Of a stretch of DNA of 64,000 nucleotides, positions 7,697-19,857 are shown piece by piece. Position 1 is the first letter of the stretch, and each line of letters starts with the position of its first letter. The stretch spans positions 17,484 through 81,483 of the forward strand of contig CAWBQK010000005.1 of assembly GCA_963791045.1 (NCBI GenBank), in the 5' to 3' direction. The position numbers and the translations under genes are program-made. The notes beneath the pieces are model-generated. The model saw only the letters and a program-made list of their open reading frames with translations. It ran no database searches and was not told where the DNA came from. The DNA comes from Candidatus Latescibacterota bacterium. Its GTDB lineage: Bacteria; Krumholzibacteriota; Krumholzibacteriia; WVZY01.

Positions 7697-9007
7697 CTAA
7701 CGTCGCCCCCGCAGCTTGCCGTGTTTCGTAAAGCCATCGTAGTGCCGCATTAACAAGTGCGACTCGAGCTGGCGAAGCGTATCGAGAACAACACCGACAA
7801 CGATCAGGAGACCCGTTCCACCAAAATAGAACGGTGCGTTTGCTTTCGAAATCAGAACGTCGGGCAGAACCGCGATAAACGCGAGGAAGCAAGCTCCCGG
7901 AAACGTAATTCGCGTCAAAACCCGATCGATAAACTCGGCGGTTCTCTTGCCCGGTCGAATGCCGGGAATAAACCCGCCTGATTTCTTCATATTGTCGGCG
8001 ACATCAACCGGGTTGAAGACGATCGCCGTATAGAAGTACGTAAAGAATATAATGATAACCGAATACAAGACCATGTGCACCACGTGCCCCGGTGTCAGAA
8101 TCATCGCGATGCTCTGCATAAACGACAGATCTTTGAAAAACGCTGCGATCGTTCCGGGGAACATGATGATCGACTGCGCGAAAATGATCGGGATAACGCC
8201 GGCGATATTGACGCCGAGAGGAATGTGGCTCGCCTGGCCACCGTAGATCTTGCGACCCACGACTCGCTTGGCATATTGGACAGGGATCCTCCGCTGCCCC
8301 TGCGTTACGAGAATAATCCCCGCAATAACACCGACCATTATGATCATTAGAATCAAGAGCTTGAACGGGGAGAGCTGTCCGATCGACACGGCCCTGTACG
8401 TGTTGAGCGCGTCAATCGGGTAACGGGCGATAATCCCGATTGTAATAATGAGCGAGATCCCGTTACCAATTCCCCGTTCGGAAATTTGTTCGCCAAGCCA
8501 CATCACAAACACGGTACCCGCGGTAAGTGTCAGAATCGTAATGATCCGGAATCCCCACCCGGGAGCGGTGACGGCAAGATCTCCACCCGGACCGCGAAGG
8601 CTCTCGAGGAAGATCGCGATACCCGTCGCCTGGACACCGGCGAGAACCACCGTGCCGTAACGCGTGTACTGGGTGATCTTCTTCCGGCCTTCTTCGCCTT
8701 CCTTCGCGAGCTTCTCGAAATAAGGCATAACAGCCTGGAAGAGCTGAAGGATAATCGATGCACTAATGTACGGCATGATACCGAGCGCAAAGATCGTCGC
8801 CTTCTCGAGGTTACCGCCCGCAAAAAGGTCGTAAAGACCGAGGATCGTACCCTGTTTTCCCTGGAAGAACGCCGTCAACACCGACGGATCCACGCCAGGA
8901 GTTGTGATATGCCCACCGACTCGGTAGACCACAAGAAGCGCCAGCGTGAAAAGAACCCGCCGCTTCAGTTCGGGAATACTAAAAATTTCCTGAATTTTTG
9001 AAATCAT
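7697..9007 (-). CDS. secY: preprotein translocase SecY
   Basis: IFALGIMPYISASII; GIGNGISLII; GGFIPGIRPG. Confidence 0.98.
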   Translation of the reverse strand: MISKIQEIFSIPELKRRVLFTLALLVVYRVGGHITTPGVDPSVLTAFFQGKQGTILGLYDLFAGGNLEKATIFALGIMPYISASIILQLFQAVMPYFEKLAKEGEEGRKKITQYTRYGTVVLAGVQATGIAIFLESLRGPGGDLAVTAPGWGFRIITILTLTAGTVFVMWLGEQISERGIGNGISLIITIGIIARYPIDALNTYRAVSIGQLSPFKLLILMIIMVGVIAGIILVTQGQRRIPVQYAKRVVGRKIYGGQASHIPLGVNIAGVIPIIFAQSIIMFPGTIAAFFKDLSFMQSIAMILTPGHVVHMVLYSVIIIFFTYFYTAIVFNPVDVADNMKKSGGFIPGIRPGKRTAEFIDRVLTRITFPGACFLAFIAVLPDVLISKANAPFYFGGTGLLIVVGVVLDTLRQLESHLLMRHYDGFTKHGKLRGRR

Positions 9008-9022
9008 TTGTCAAAGAACGAA

Positions 9023-9471
9023 TCACGATCCAATGATTCGGATCTCGCCTCCTGCCTTTTCCACGAGTTCCCTTGCCTTCTTCGTGCACGCGTGAACTTC
9101 GATCTTGAGCGGCTCGATTGATCTCGCCCGATCCAAGAAGTTTCACCGGCATCCCTTTTTTGTTGATCAGACCCGCCTCACGAAGACCGTCCACACCCAC
9201 ACCCGCGTCGGCAGGGAAACGCTCAAGGTCCTTCACATTCACAATCTGGTACTCAACCCGGAAAATATTGTGAAATCCACGCTTGGGAACACGCCTCTGG
9301 AGCGGCATCTGTCCGCCTTCGAACCACGGACGCCTGGTGCTGCCCGAGCGGCATCGCTGTCCCTTGTGGCCTTTACAAGCGGTTTTACCGTGTCCGGAGC
9401 CGGCGCCGCAGCCAATCCGTTTTCTTTTTTTCTTCGCCCCTGTTGCCGGGCTTCAGGTCGCCGAGTTTCAT
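9023..9471 (-). CDS. rplO: 50S ribosomal protein L15 (frameshifted in assembly)
   Basis: MKLGDLKP..., FEGGQMPLQRRVPKRGF, VKLLGSGEI spread over several frames. Confidence 0.93.
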
Positions 9472-9666
9472 TCGTCGGCCGCCTTTGCTTCCTCCACCTT
9501 CACGAGATGATGTACCTGCGTGAAGCATCCCACGAAGTTGCGGTGTGTCCTCTTTAATCAACGATTGTTGGTTGCGCTGAAATCCGATCGCCTTCATCGT
9601 CCGCTTATGCTTCGGAAGACTGCCGATCAGACTCCTCACTTGCGTTACTTTGAGCTTCTTTGCCAT
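9468..9666 (-). CDS. rpmD: 50S ribosomal protein L30 (frameshift near 9530)
   Basis: [15 protein letters not shown]...DTPQLRGML + VHHLVKVEE. Confidence 0.93.
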
Positions 9667-10217
9667 GGTCCTTATCCTCGATACTGAACAGTTTGTTTAC
9701 TGAAATTCCTCTTCTTTTGGCGACATCCTTCGCGCTCTCGAGCTGTCTCAAGCCCTCCATCGTCGCCTTCACCACGTTGTGCGGGTTGTTAGACCCGAGC
9801 GACTTGGCGAGGATGTCACGTATGCCCGCCGATTCCATAATCGCGCGGACCGGGCCACCGGCAATAACTCCAGTACCCGGCGAGGCGGGCTTGAGAATCA
9901 CGTGACCCGCGCCGTACTTGCCTCTGACCGTAAAGGGGATGGTGCCCCCGAGTAAGGGGAAGCTTGACCATCGAACGTCTTGCGGTTTCCGTCGCCTTAC
10001 GGATGGCATCGATGATTTCGTTGGCTTTACCCAGACCGACACCAACACGGCCCTTTCCATCACCGGCTGCAACGATTGCGTTGAAGCTGAACCGCCGTCC
10101 ACCCTTGACAACCTTCGCAACGCGGTTGATGTGAATGGTCTGTTCGATAAATTCCGGTTCGTTCGATTTGCCGTCGAACCTTCGGTCCTGCCGTCTCCCT
10201 TGCGAACTGTGAGCCAT
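9605..10217 (-). CDS. rpsE: 30S ribosomal protein S5 (frameshift near 9958)
   Basis: [16 protein letters not shown] + [16 protein letters not shown]. Confidence 0.95.
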
Positions 10218-10306
10218 GGGTTACTAACCTCTCTCTTTCGGAACACCGATCGAACTCGTCGCCGTCGATCAAAGTCCCGAGTTCTGACGATATCGTTTAA
10301 TGCTAC

Positions 10307-10780
10307 TTAGAACTCCAGACCGTTTTTACGCGCCTCTTCGGCCAGGACAGCCACACGGCCGTGGTACTGATAGCCACCACGGTCGAATGCAACCTTGCTA
10401 ACGCCCTTCTGCTTCGCAGCTTCGGCGATCAGGCGACCGACCTCACGCGCTCCGGCTGTTTTTTTACCGCCGGTCCAGGTCTTCTTTTTCTTCTTATCTT
10501 TCTTCTGCGACTTGCCCTTCTCCTTCGCTTCGGGAGCTTCGGCGGCTTCCGCCGGCTTCTCCGAGACGGGAGCGAGTTTGAGCGTCGAGACTGCCGCGAT
10601 AGTCTTGCTGCACTTCTCGCCCTTCTCGTTGATGAACGTGTCATCGACGATCTGAGCATAGATGTGGTTCAAGCTCTTGAAGACACAAAGCCGCGGCCGC
10701 TCGCTGGTTCCAACGACGCGGTTCCGTACACGACGGTGGCGTCTGATTCTTTTGTAAACTTTTTTATTTGCGATCTTCAT
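10307..10780 (-). CDS. rplR: 50S ribosomal protein L18 (charged insertion)
   Basis: [32 protein letters not shown]. Confidence 0.96.
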   Translation of the reverse strand: MKIANKKVYKRIRRHRRVRNRVVGTSERPRLCVFKSLNHIYAQIVDDTFINEKGEKCSKTIAAVSTLKLAPVSEKPAEAAEAPEAKEKGKSQKKDKKKKKTWTGGKKTAGAREVGRLIAEAAKQKGVSKVAFDRGGYQYHGRVAVLAEEARKNGLEF

Positions 10781-10830
10781 TCTAGTTTCCTCTGATACCG
10801 GTTGAAAGCCTCATGCGCTCGCGACGAGCG

Positions 10831-11373
10831 CTAGGCACCAGCCGCCGTTTTTCCGGCCTTTCTCTGAATATGTTCGCCGACGTACTTGACGCCTTTACCC
10901 TTATACGGTTCGGGCGGTCTGTACTTCCGAATATCCGCCGCGACCTGTCCCACTTGCTCTTTGACGATTCCCATCACCTTGATCTGAGTGGGAGCGGGGG
11001 TCTCGATCTGAATTCCCTCGGGCACGGCGAAATTGATCGGATGCGAAAAACCAAGCGTCAGAACAAGTTCTTTGCCCTTGGCTTCCGCCTTGTAACCGAC
11101 ACCGACGATTTCGAGCTCTTTGATAAACCCGTCGGTCACACCGACGACCATGTTGAAAAGAAGCGTGCGCGCAAGTCCGTGCATCGATCTCGTCGTCTTG
11201 TCGTCGGAATCCCTCGTGACCTTGATGACGCCGTCTTCCTGGCTGTAATTACAGACCGCGGGAAGCGTCCTCTTGATTTCACCCTTGGGACCCTTGACCG
11301 TGGCCGTTGAGCCATCGAGGGTCACGGTAACTCCCTTGGGCACTTCTATAGGTAGCAGTCCTACTCTTGACAT
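10831..11373 (-). CDS. rplF: 50S ribosomal protein L6
   Basis: MSRVGLLPI; RPPEPYKGKG. Confidence 0.98.
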   Translation of the reverse strand: MSRVGLLPIEVPKGVTVTLDGSTATVKGPKGEIKRTLPAVCNYSQEDGVIKVTRDSDDKTTRSMHGLARTLLFNMVVGVTDGFIKELEIVGVGYKAEAKGKELVLTLGFSHPINFAVPEGIQIETPAPTQIKVMGIVKEQVGQVAADIRKYRPPEPYKGKGVKYVGEHIQRKAGKTAAGA

Positions 11374-11771
11374 TACCAAACCTCACAGATAACTTCGCCG
11401 CCGATGCCGCGACTGCGACACTCCGCATCAGGGAGGACGCCCTGCGATGTCGACAGAATCGCCAGGCCATAGCCGCCGAGCACGCGCGGGATCTTGTCCG
11501 AAGGGACATAGACGCGCAGGCTGGGCTTGCTAATCCTCTTCAATCCGTTGATCGCGGATGAATTGTCTTTTCCGTATTTGATGTAGATGCGCAGGAAACC
11601 CTGCTTGTCGTCATCAATATACTTCACGCCTTTGATGAATCCCGCGTCGATCAGAATCTTGCTGAGTTCGGCTTTGAGCCGCGACGCTGGAATGTCCGTG
11701 TATGTGTGGTTCGCTCGAATCGCATTGCGAATCCGCGTCAGATAGTCAGAAATTGGATCGGTCATACTCAC
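11373..11771 (-). CDS. rpsH: 30S ribosomal protein S8
   Basis: MTDPISDYLTRIRNA; RISKPSLRVY. Confidence 0.98.
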   Translation of the reverse strand: MSMTDPISDYLTRIRNAIRANHTYTDIPASRLKAELSKILIDAGFIKGVKYIDDDKQGFLRIYIKYGKDNSSAINGLKRISKPSLRVYVPSDKIPRVLGGYGLAILSTSQGVLPDAECRSRGIGGEVICEVW

Positions 11772-11817
11772 TTTTGCTGTCTCCCGTTCGAGAACATGGA
11801 TATAAACAGTATTCGGC

Positions 11818-12003
11818 TTACCAGCTTGCTTTCACGACTCCGGGAATCTTGCCCTGGAGCGAAAGTTCACGGAAACAGATCCGGCAAATCCCAAACCTTC
11901 TCAAATACGCTCGCGAACGGCCGCAGCGGTTGCAGCGGCTGTAAGCTCGCACCTTGAATTTCGGAGGTCTATTCGCCTTTGCTATCCAGGATTTCTTGGC
12001 CAC
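11818..12003 (-). CDS. rpsN: 30S ribosomal protein S14, zinc-binding type Z
   Basis: RCNRCGR...CRICFRE; 61 aa. Confidence 0.97.
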   Translation of the reverse strand: MAKKSWIAKANRPPKFKVRAYSRCNRCGRSRAYLRRFGICRICFRELSLQGKIPGVVKASW

Positions 12004-12019
12004 GCTTCCCCCTACGTTC

Positions 12020-12563
12020 CTACTGTGTTTTGAACGGCATGTTCATTTGTTTGAGCAGTTTAAAACCCTGCTCGTCATTTGCTGCCGACGTCACGATTGT
12101 GATGTCCATCCCGATGATCTGTTCGACTTTGTCGTAATCGATCTCCGGAAAAATGATGTGCTCTTTGATACCGAGCGTGTAATTGCCGCGCCCGTCAAAG
12201 CTCTTTGTGGGCACGCCTCTGAAAGTCCCTGATACGCGGGAGCGCCACATTGACGAGTCTGTCGTAGAACTCGTACATCATGTCGCCACGAAGCGTCACC
12301 TTACAGCCAATTGACATTCCCTGCCGGAGCTTAAACGCCGCAACGGAAAGCCGGGCTTTGTTGAGCTTCGGCTTTTGCCCCGTGATCGTCGCGATGTCGG
12401 CCATCGCCGCGTCAAGCAGCTTGGCGTTGGTGATCGCCTCGCCAACACCACAGTTGACGACGATCTTCTCCAACTTCGGAACCTGCATCACGTTCTTGAA
12501 GCCAAATTCCTTCTTCAGCGCGGGAATGACTTCCTTCTCGTATTTCTCTCTTAGTCTAGCCAC
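12020..12563 (-). CDS. rplE: 50S ribosomal protein L5 (frameshift near 12222)
   Basis: [22 protein letters not shown] + [10 protein letters not shown]. Confidence 0.95.
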
Positions 12564-12580
12564 GGTTTCTTCCCTCTTAA

Positions 12581-12905
12581 TTATTCATTCGTAACGAGCA
12601 TCTCGTTACACGACTTGCAAACCCGAACCTTCTTGCCGTCCGATAGCAGGCCTACGCCCGTTCGCGTCGGCTTCGAACATTTCGGGCAAATCAGAAGCAC
12701 ATTAGAGACATGGATGGGGGCTTCTTTTTCGATGATGCCGCCCTGATCCTGCTGCGAGCGCGGTTTCTGTATGACGTTTGACGAGATGGACTTTTTCGAC
12801 AATGATACGGTTCGTCTTGGGATAAACCTTGAGAACCTTGCCGATTTTGCCCTTGTTGTTGCCGGCGATTACTTTGACGGTGTCATTCTTGATTATCTTT
12901 ATCAT
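12581..12905 (-). CDS. rplX: 50S ribosomal protein L24 (frameshift near 12768)
   Basis: [13 protein letters not shown] + [15 protein letters not shown]. Confidence 0.95.
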
Positions 12906-12952
12906 GACGCTTCTCCGACCGTTTCAGATCTGTCCCGTGAGCCTTGTCTCTA

Positions 12953-13321
12953 CTAGAGAACTTCCGGCGCAAGGGAGATGATTTTCATAAATCGCTTTTC
13001 CCTGAGTTCACGAGCCACCGGGCCAAAAATACGGGTTCCGACCGGCTCCTTGTTATCGTTGATGACAACCGCCGCATTCTCGTCAAAACGGATATAGCTC
13101 CCGTCAGCCCGGCGAATTTCCTTCTTTGTCCTCACGACGACTGCCTTGGTAACCTGGCCCTTCTTGACCAGCCCCCCGGGCATGGCGACTTTTACGGACA
13201 CAGAGATGATGTCTCCCACTCTCGCGTACCGGCGTCCCGTGCCGCCGTGCACACGGATGCAGAGCAGGCTTTTTGCGCCCGAATTGTCCGCAACATGTAA
13301 CATTGTTTCCGGTTTAATCAT
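12953..13321 (-). CDS. rplN: 50S ribosomal protein L14
   Basis: [20 protein letters not shown]. Confidence 0.98.
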   Translation of the reverse strand: MIKPETMLHVADNSGAKSLLCIRVHGGTGRRYARVGDIISVSVKVAMPGGLVKKGQVTKAVVVRTKKEIRRADGSYIRFDENAAVVINDNKEPVGTRIFGPVARELREKRFMKIISLAPEVL

Positions 13322-13371
13322 CGCTCTTCTTCACCTTCGGGTTTCAAAAGTCCAACGACCTGACCACTACC

Positions 13372-13626
13372 CTACTTGGCTTTCTCAAGGACCTCGACCA
13401 GTCTCCAACGCTTCATCTTACTGAGCGGGCTTGTCGCCATGATCTTGACTTTGTCGCCGATACCACACGCATTCTCCGGATCATGGGCGTGGAGCTTCGT
13501 TGTTCTCTTGATGTACTTGCTATAAACCTTGTGCTTGACAAGCCTGTCTACACGCACCGTAATAGTCTTTTCCATCTTGTTGCTCTCAACAACACCGACA
13601 AACGTTTTTCTCTGAATTCGTTCCAC
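13372..13626 (-). CDS. rpsQ: 30S ribosomal protein S17
   Basis: [27 protein letters not shown] start after GAGGGAG. Confidence 0.96.
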   Translation of the reverse strand: MERIQRKTFVGVVESNKMEKTITVRVDRLVKHKVYSKYIKRTTKLHAHDPENACGIGDKVKIMATSPLSKMKRWRLVEVLEKAK

Positions 13627-13665
13627 TGTCAGCTCCCTCATGAAGCTCAAAATTTTCTATATGAC

Positions 13666-13896
13666 CTATGACTTGTCTTTTGCCGCGGACAATTCCCCCG
13701 GCTTCGCGCCGAGATTCTTGTCGCGGAGGACCGTTTTGGCCCGGGCGAGTTCTCTCTTTACCTCTCGAACACGGAGAGGATTGTCGAGCTGCTTGACGGA
13801 CAGCTTGATCTTCAAGTTCACCAGCTCTCCCACGAGCGTGTCGTGATGCTGCTGGAGTTCTTCGAGTGTCATTTCTCGCATGTCATGTGGCTTCAT
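13666..13896 (-). CDS. rpmC: 50S ribosomal protein L29
   Basis: [20 protein letters not shown]; position in S10 operon. Confidence 0.95.
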   Translation of the reverse strand: MKPHDMREMTLEELQQHHDTLVGELVNLKIKLSVKQLDNPLRVREVKRELARAKTVLRDKNLGAKPGELSAAKDKS

Positions 13897-13899
13897 CGA

Positions 13900-14319
13900 T
13901 TACACTTCCTCGAAACTACGCGTTACGAATTTGGTTTTCATGGGTAGCTTGGCCATCGCCAGTTTCATGGCTTCGCGCGCGAGCTCAGGGGGAACACCGT
14001 CGAGTTCAAAAAGAACCCGGCCCGGTTTGACGACACAGACCCAGAACTCGGGAGCGCCTTTACCCTTGCCCATGCGGGTTTCCGCCGGCTTCTTCGAGAC
14101 GGGCTTGTCGGGGAACACGCGGATCCACACCTTGCCCATTCTCTTGACGTGACGCGTTATCGCGATACGAGCCGCTTCGATCTGCTTATTGGTAACCCAG
14201 CTTGGTTCCATCGCCTTCAGCCCGTACTCACCAAATGAGATCTTCGATCCCTTTGTTGCATGGCCTGTCATCCTGCCACGGTGCTGGCGACGAAACTTTA
14301 CTCGTTTCGGCATCAACAT
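13900..14319 (-). CDS. rplP: 50S ribosomal protein L16
   Basis: [25 protein letters not shown]. Confidence 0.98.
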   Translation of the reverse strand: MLMPKRVKFRRQHRGRMTGHATKGSKISFGEYGLKAMEPSWVTNKQIEAARIAITRHVKRMGKVWIRVFPDKPVSKKPAETRMGKGKGAPEFWVCVVKPGRVLFELDGVPPELAREAMKLAMAKLPMKTKFVTRSFEEV

Positions 14320-14321
14320 GA

Positions 14322-14995
14322 TTAACTAGACCCCTCTCCAGCTTGCGCCAAGGATTTCTTGAATTCTTTTGGAAAGATCTCACCCTTGTAGATCCAGACC
14401 TTGACGCCGACACAACCGAAGGTCGTGTGCGCCGTCGCGGTGGCATAATCAATATTCGCCCGAAGCGTGTGCAAAGGCACCCGGCCTTCGTGATATCCCT
14501 CGCGGCGCGACATCTCCGCGCCACCGAGGCGGCCCGGACGTCTGAACCTTGATTCCCTCGGCCCCCATTCGCATCGCCGAAGCAAGCGTTTTCTTCATCG
14601 CGCGCCGGAACGACACGCGCTGTTCGAGCTGCATCGCAATGTGCTCGGCAACGAGCTGGGCATTGAGCTCGGGCTTTTTGACGTCTTTGATATTGATCTG
14701 AATATCCTTGCCCGCGAGGTGCTTGAGCTCGTCGCGAAGCATGTCGACCTCTGCGCCTTTTCGTCCCGATCACCATTCCCGGCCTGGCGGTATAGATATT
14801 GACGGTGGCTTTGCCGCTCGATCGTTCGATCTCGATCTTGGCCACGCCCGCCTTATAGAGCCGTTTCTTGATATATCGTCTGATCTTGATATCTTCATTC
14901 AACCACTGTGCGTATTCTTTCGTTGAGAACCAGCGCGAATCCCACGTGCGATTGATACCAAGCCTAAGTCCGACGGGGTTGGTTTTTTGCCCCAC
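14322..14995 (-). CDS. rpsC: 30S ribosomal protein S3 (two frameshifts)
   Basis: [36 protein letters not shown] in three frames. Confidence 0.95.
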
Positions 14996-15365
14996 GTTCT
15001 AGCCTCCCTGCGGTTGTCTCTTCTTCCACCGGAAGCGAGACCACGACTTTAATGTGGCTGCTGCGCTTCCGGATCCTGTATGCCCGACCCTGCGCGCGAG
15101 GCCTGAATCCGGTACAGTGTGCGACCTTCGTCAACCTGGATCGATTTAACAACCATATCTTCCGCTTCGACGGTTCCGCCCTTTTTGTTCACCATGTTGT
15201 GCATGGCGGAACGGATCGTTTTGCCCATCGGAGCTGCTGCCGCCTGCGGGGTGAACTTCAAAATCTCGAGCGCTTCTTCGACATTTCTTCCGCGTACGAG
15301 ATCGGCAACCTGCCGGACTTTTCGCGCCGGATAACCAATATGACGGGCGCGAGCATTGCTTCCAT
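14964..15365 (-). CDS. rplV: 50S ribosomal protein L22 (frameshifted)
   Basis: [30 protein letters not shown]. Confidence 0.93.
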
Positions 15366-15422
15366 CTTGTTTCTCCAGATATAAGATAAACCGCCGGCGA
15401 ACCGCCAGTTTACTTTTTGCCT

Positions 15423-15695
15423 TTACCTTGCCGTCTTGCTTGTGTGTCCTCTGTATGTTCTGGTCAGCGGAAACTCGCCGAGCTTGTGTCCCACCATATT
15501 TTCGTTGATATAGACCGGGATGAACTGTTTGCCATTATGAACGGCGACGCGTGTGCCCAACAAATTCCGGGGAAATCGTCGAACGCCGCGCCCAGGTCTT
15601 GATGACCCTTTTCGTTGCCGCCCCGGTTCATCTCCAGTGATCTTCTTCAGAAGCTTCTGGTCGATAAACGGACCTTTTTTGAGACTTCGACCCAT
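15423..15695 (-). CDS. rpsS: 30S ribosomal protein S19 (compensating indels)
   Basis: [28 protein letters not shown]. Confidence 0.95.
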   Translation of the reverse strand: MGRSLKKGPFIDQKLLKKITGDEPGRQRKGSSRPGRGVRRFPRNLLGTRVAVHNGKQFIPVYINENMVGHKLGEFPLTRTYRGHTSKTAR

Positions 15696-15702
15696 AGCCG
15701 TC

Positions 15703-16551
15703 CTACCGTTTGTTACTTTCTTTCTTTGCACGACGCCGAACGATGTATTTATCGCTGGGCTTTTTCTTCCGTGTCTTGTAACCCTTGGTCGGCTTGTCCC
15801 CACGGGGTCACCGGGTGCCTGCCACCGCTGGACTTGCCTTCGCCGCCACCCAACGGGTGGTCGACCGGGTTCATGGCCACACCGCGAACCGTGGGGCCGA
15901 AACCCAACCAGCGCGTACCGGCCGGCCTTGCCAGAAACGATGTTTTCGTGATCGAGATTGCCAACCTGTCCGACCGTCGCATAACACTCTTTGCGGACGG
16001 CTCTCACTTCACCGGAGGGCAGCTTCAACTGAACGTAGTTGCCGTCCTTGGCCATGATCTGGGCGTACCCTCCGGCCGAGCTGACGATCTGGCCGCCTTT
16101 TCCGTGAGTTAACTCGATGTTGTGCACATCGAAGTACCCAGAGGAATCTTCTCCAGAGGAAGGGCGTTGCCCGGCTTGATATCCGCCGCTATCCCCGCCA
16201 CGACGGCGTCTCCGACCTTCAGACCGTGGGGAGAAAGAATGTAGCGCTTTTCTCCATCCACATAGTGGAGAAGCGCGATCCGCGCGGAACGGTTGGGGTC
16301 GTACTCAATGGCAGCCACTTTTGACGGGATGTCCAGTTTATCGCGCTTGAAATCGATCCTGCGGTACATCCGCTTGTGACCGCCACCACGGTGTCTCGCG
16401 GTAACGCGGCCCCGATTGTTCCGGCCGCCCGTCTTCTTGAGCGGCTCGAGTAGCGATTTTTCCGGCTCTTTCTTGGTGAGCCAGGAAAAATCGGATACCG
16501 TGCGGTACCTCGAAGCGTCGGTGTAGTCGGTTTAAATTTCTTAATCGGCAT
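15703..16551 (-). CDS. rplB: 50S ribosomal protein L2 (several frameshifts)
   Basis: [36 protein letters not shown]. Confidence 0.95.
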
Positions 16552-16571
16552 AAATTTCCAACCTGTCGTTT

Positions 16572-16877
16572 TTATACGACGTCAAATACGTCGATCGAGT
16601 CCCCATCGGCCAAGGTCACGTATGCTTTCTTCCAGTTTGTCGTCCTACCGGTAAACCGACCGGCACGGTTCATAACTACTCTGGGTTTGCCGCGATAAAC
16701 AGCGGTGCTCACGTCCTTGACATGAACCTCGAAGATCTCTTCGATGGCCTGCTTGATCTGCCGTTTGTTCGCTCTCGGGTCAACCCTGAAGACGTAACGA
16801 TTGCACGTTTCCTTGAGCATCGCGCCCTTTTCGGTCACGAGCGGCTTCTCGATAAAAAGTCTAATGTCACTACTCAT
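16572..16877 (-). CDS. rplW: 50S ribosomal protein L23
   Basis: PLVTEK; ANKRQIKQAIE; WKKAYVTL. Confidence 0.97.
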   Translation of the reverse strand: MSSDIRLFIEKPLVTEKGAMLKETCNRYVFRVDPRANKRQIKQAIEEIFEVHVKDVSTAVYRGKPRVVMNRAGRFTGRTTNWKKAYVTLADGDSIDVFDVV

Positions 16878-17503
16878 TCTTGAACACCTCTTCCATCGCC
16901 TTGAGAGCGCCCTGGGTGAGGATGATCTTGTCCGCCCAAACAACCTCGTAAGTACTCAACATATTGCCGAGCGTCATCTTGAGCCCCGGGATGTTCCGCG
17001 CGGATTTGATGACGACGGGATCGGATTTGCCGAGAACAAAGAGGACTTTCTTGTGATAACTATCCATGCCCTTGAGAAGCTCGGCAAACTGCCCGGTTTT
17101 GGGCTCGTTGAAATTGAGATCATCAACAACAACGATATCTCCATCCTTCGCCCGGCTCGAAAGCGCGGAGCGCAGGGCCAGCCGCTTGACTTTCTTGGGC
17201 AGAGCCTGACGATAATCCCGCGGATGGGGACCAAAGACCACACCGCCGCCACGGAAGATAGGCGAACGGGTCGTACCGGCACGCGCCCGGCCTGTCCCTT
17301 TCTGCCGGTAAGGCTTCCTGCCGCCGCCGCGAACATTCGGAGCGACCCTTGGTCTTCGCCGTGCCCTGCCGCTGATTGGCAAGATACGCGACTACCGCCT
17401 GGTGAATGACGGGAGCGTTGACCTCACACTCGAACATATCGCTGGGCAGGTTCTGCGTGCCCTTTTCTGTTCCATCCTGTTGGTAATGTTTTGCCGTTAT
17501 CAT
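16870..17503 (-). CDS. rplD: 50S ribosomal protein L4 (frameshift near 17340)
   Basis: RQGTAKTKGRSE + GGGRKPYRQKGTGRAR. Confidence 0.95.
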
Positions 17504-17533
17504 CGTTCTTTCTCGCGTCTCGAGTTTTGTTTC

Positions 17534-18151
17534 TTAGCCTTTGCGGATGAACACGATGCCGTTGGTGGCACCCGGCACGGCGCCCTTGACAAAGATCAGG
17601 TTGTTCTCCGCATCGATCTGGACAATTTTGAGATTTCGAACGGTCGTGCGTTTGCCACCCATCCGCCCCGGGAGCTTCTTGCCCTTGTAAATCCGTGACG
17701 GTGTCGCGCACGCGCCAACTGACCCGGGCTCACGGATATTCTTGGAGCCATGAGACTTAGGACCGCTGGTAAAACCGTGACGCTTGATTGTGCCGGCAAA
17801 ACCCCGACCCTTCGAAGTCCCGATGACGCTGACATGCTCGGCGCCCTCGAAAACTTTCACATCAAGTACGTCGCCGACCTTAAACTCGGCGGGATCATCG
17901 ACACGGACCTCTTTGAGAACCCGCGCAGGGTTGGCCCCCGACCGTTTGAAATGACCTTCAAGCGGCTTTTTTAAACGGCTCTTTTTCGTTTCGCCGTAAC
18001 CGATTTGAATCGCCGAGTAACCATCGGTGTCCAGTGTCTTGATCTGAACGATCGGACACGGACCCGCCTGGATCACGGAGACAGGCGTCGCCGCTCCGGA
18101 TTCCTCGAAGATTTGCGTCATTCCCAGTTTTTTTCCTATGAGGAGTTGCAT
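17534..18151 (-). CDS. rplC: 50S ribosomal protein L3
   Basis: GKKLGMTQIF; GTSKGRGFAG. Confidence 0.98.
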   Translation of the reverse strand: MQLLIGKKLGMTQIFEESGAATPVSVIQAGPCPIVQIKTLDTDGYSAIQIGYGETKKSRLKKPLEGHFKRSGANPARVLKEVRVDDPAEFKVGDVLDVKVFEGAEHVSVIGTSKGRGFAGTIKRHGFTSGPKSHGSKNIREPGSVGACATPSRIYKGKKLPGRMGGKRTTVRNLKIVQIDAENNLIFVKGAVPGATNGIVFIRKG

Positions 18152-18282
18152 CTGAATCCTCTCACCTTTTCCCGGTCTCTGCCGGTGTTATGCTCTTCTC
18201 GTTTTGCCCCGGATCTCTTCACGCTTGCCGTTTCGAGACCTTCAACGCTCGAGAGTCGAGCACGCACCGCAAGACTCATTCG

Positions 18283-18591
18283 CTACGTTCTAATTTCTAT
18301 GTCAACGCCCGCAGGAAGCACGAGCTTGGTCAAATCATCGATCGTCTGCTGTGTCGTATGCGTGAGATCGATCAGACGCTTGTGAATACGGATTTCGAAC
18401 TGTTCGCGTGACTTTTTGTTCACGTGAGGCGATCGAAGCACCGTGTACACGGAGCGTCTCGTCGGCAATGGGATCGGACCCTTAACTCTTGCGCCGGTGC
18501 GCTTTGCCGTTTTGACAATCTCATCCGTCGTACGATCGAGTGTCGAGTGCTCGTACGCTTTAAGCTTTATTCGGATTTTCTGATAATTCAC
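18283..18591 (-). CDS. rpsJ: 30S ribosomal protein S10
   Basis: [30 protein letters not shown]. Confidence 0.98.
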   Translation of the reverse strand: MNYQKIRIKLKAYEHSTLDRTTDEIVKTAKRTGARVKGPIPLPTRRSVYTVLRSPHVNKKSREQFEIRIHKRLIDLTHTTQQTIDDLTKLVLPAGVDIEIRT

Positions 18592-18654
18592 ACCGACGGC
18601 CCTCCTGCCGTGCATTCAACTCTTTCAAAGAACTATTTACCGTTCGTATCTTGC

Positions 18655-19848
<1,194 letters not shown>

Positions 19849-19857
19849 CTTTCCTCC

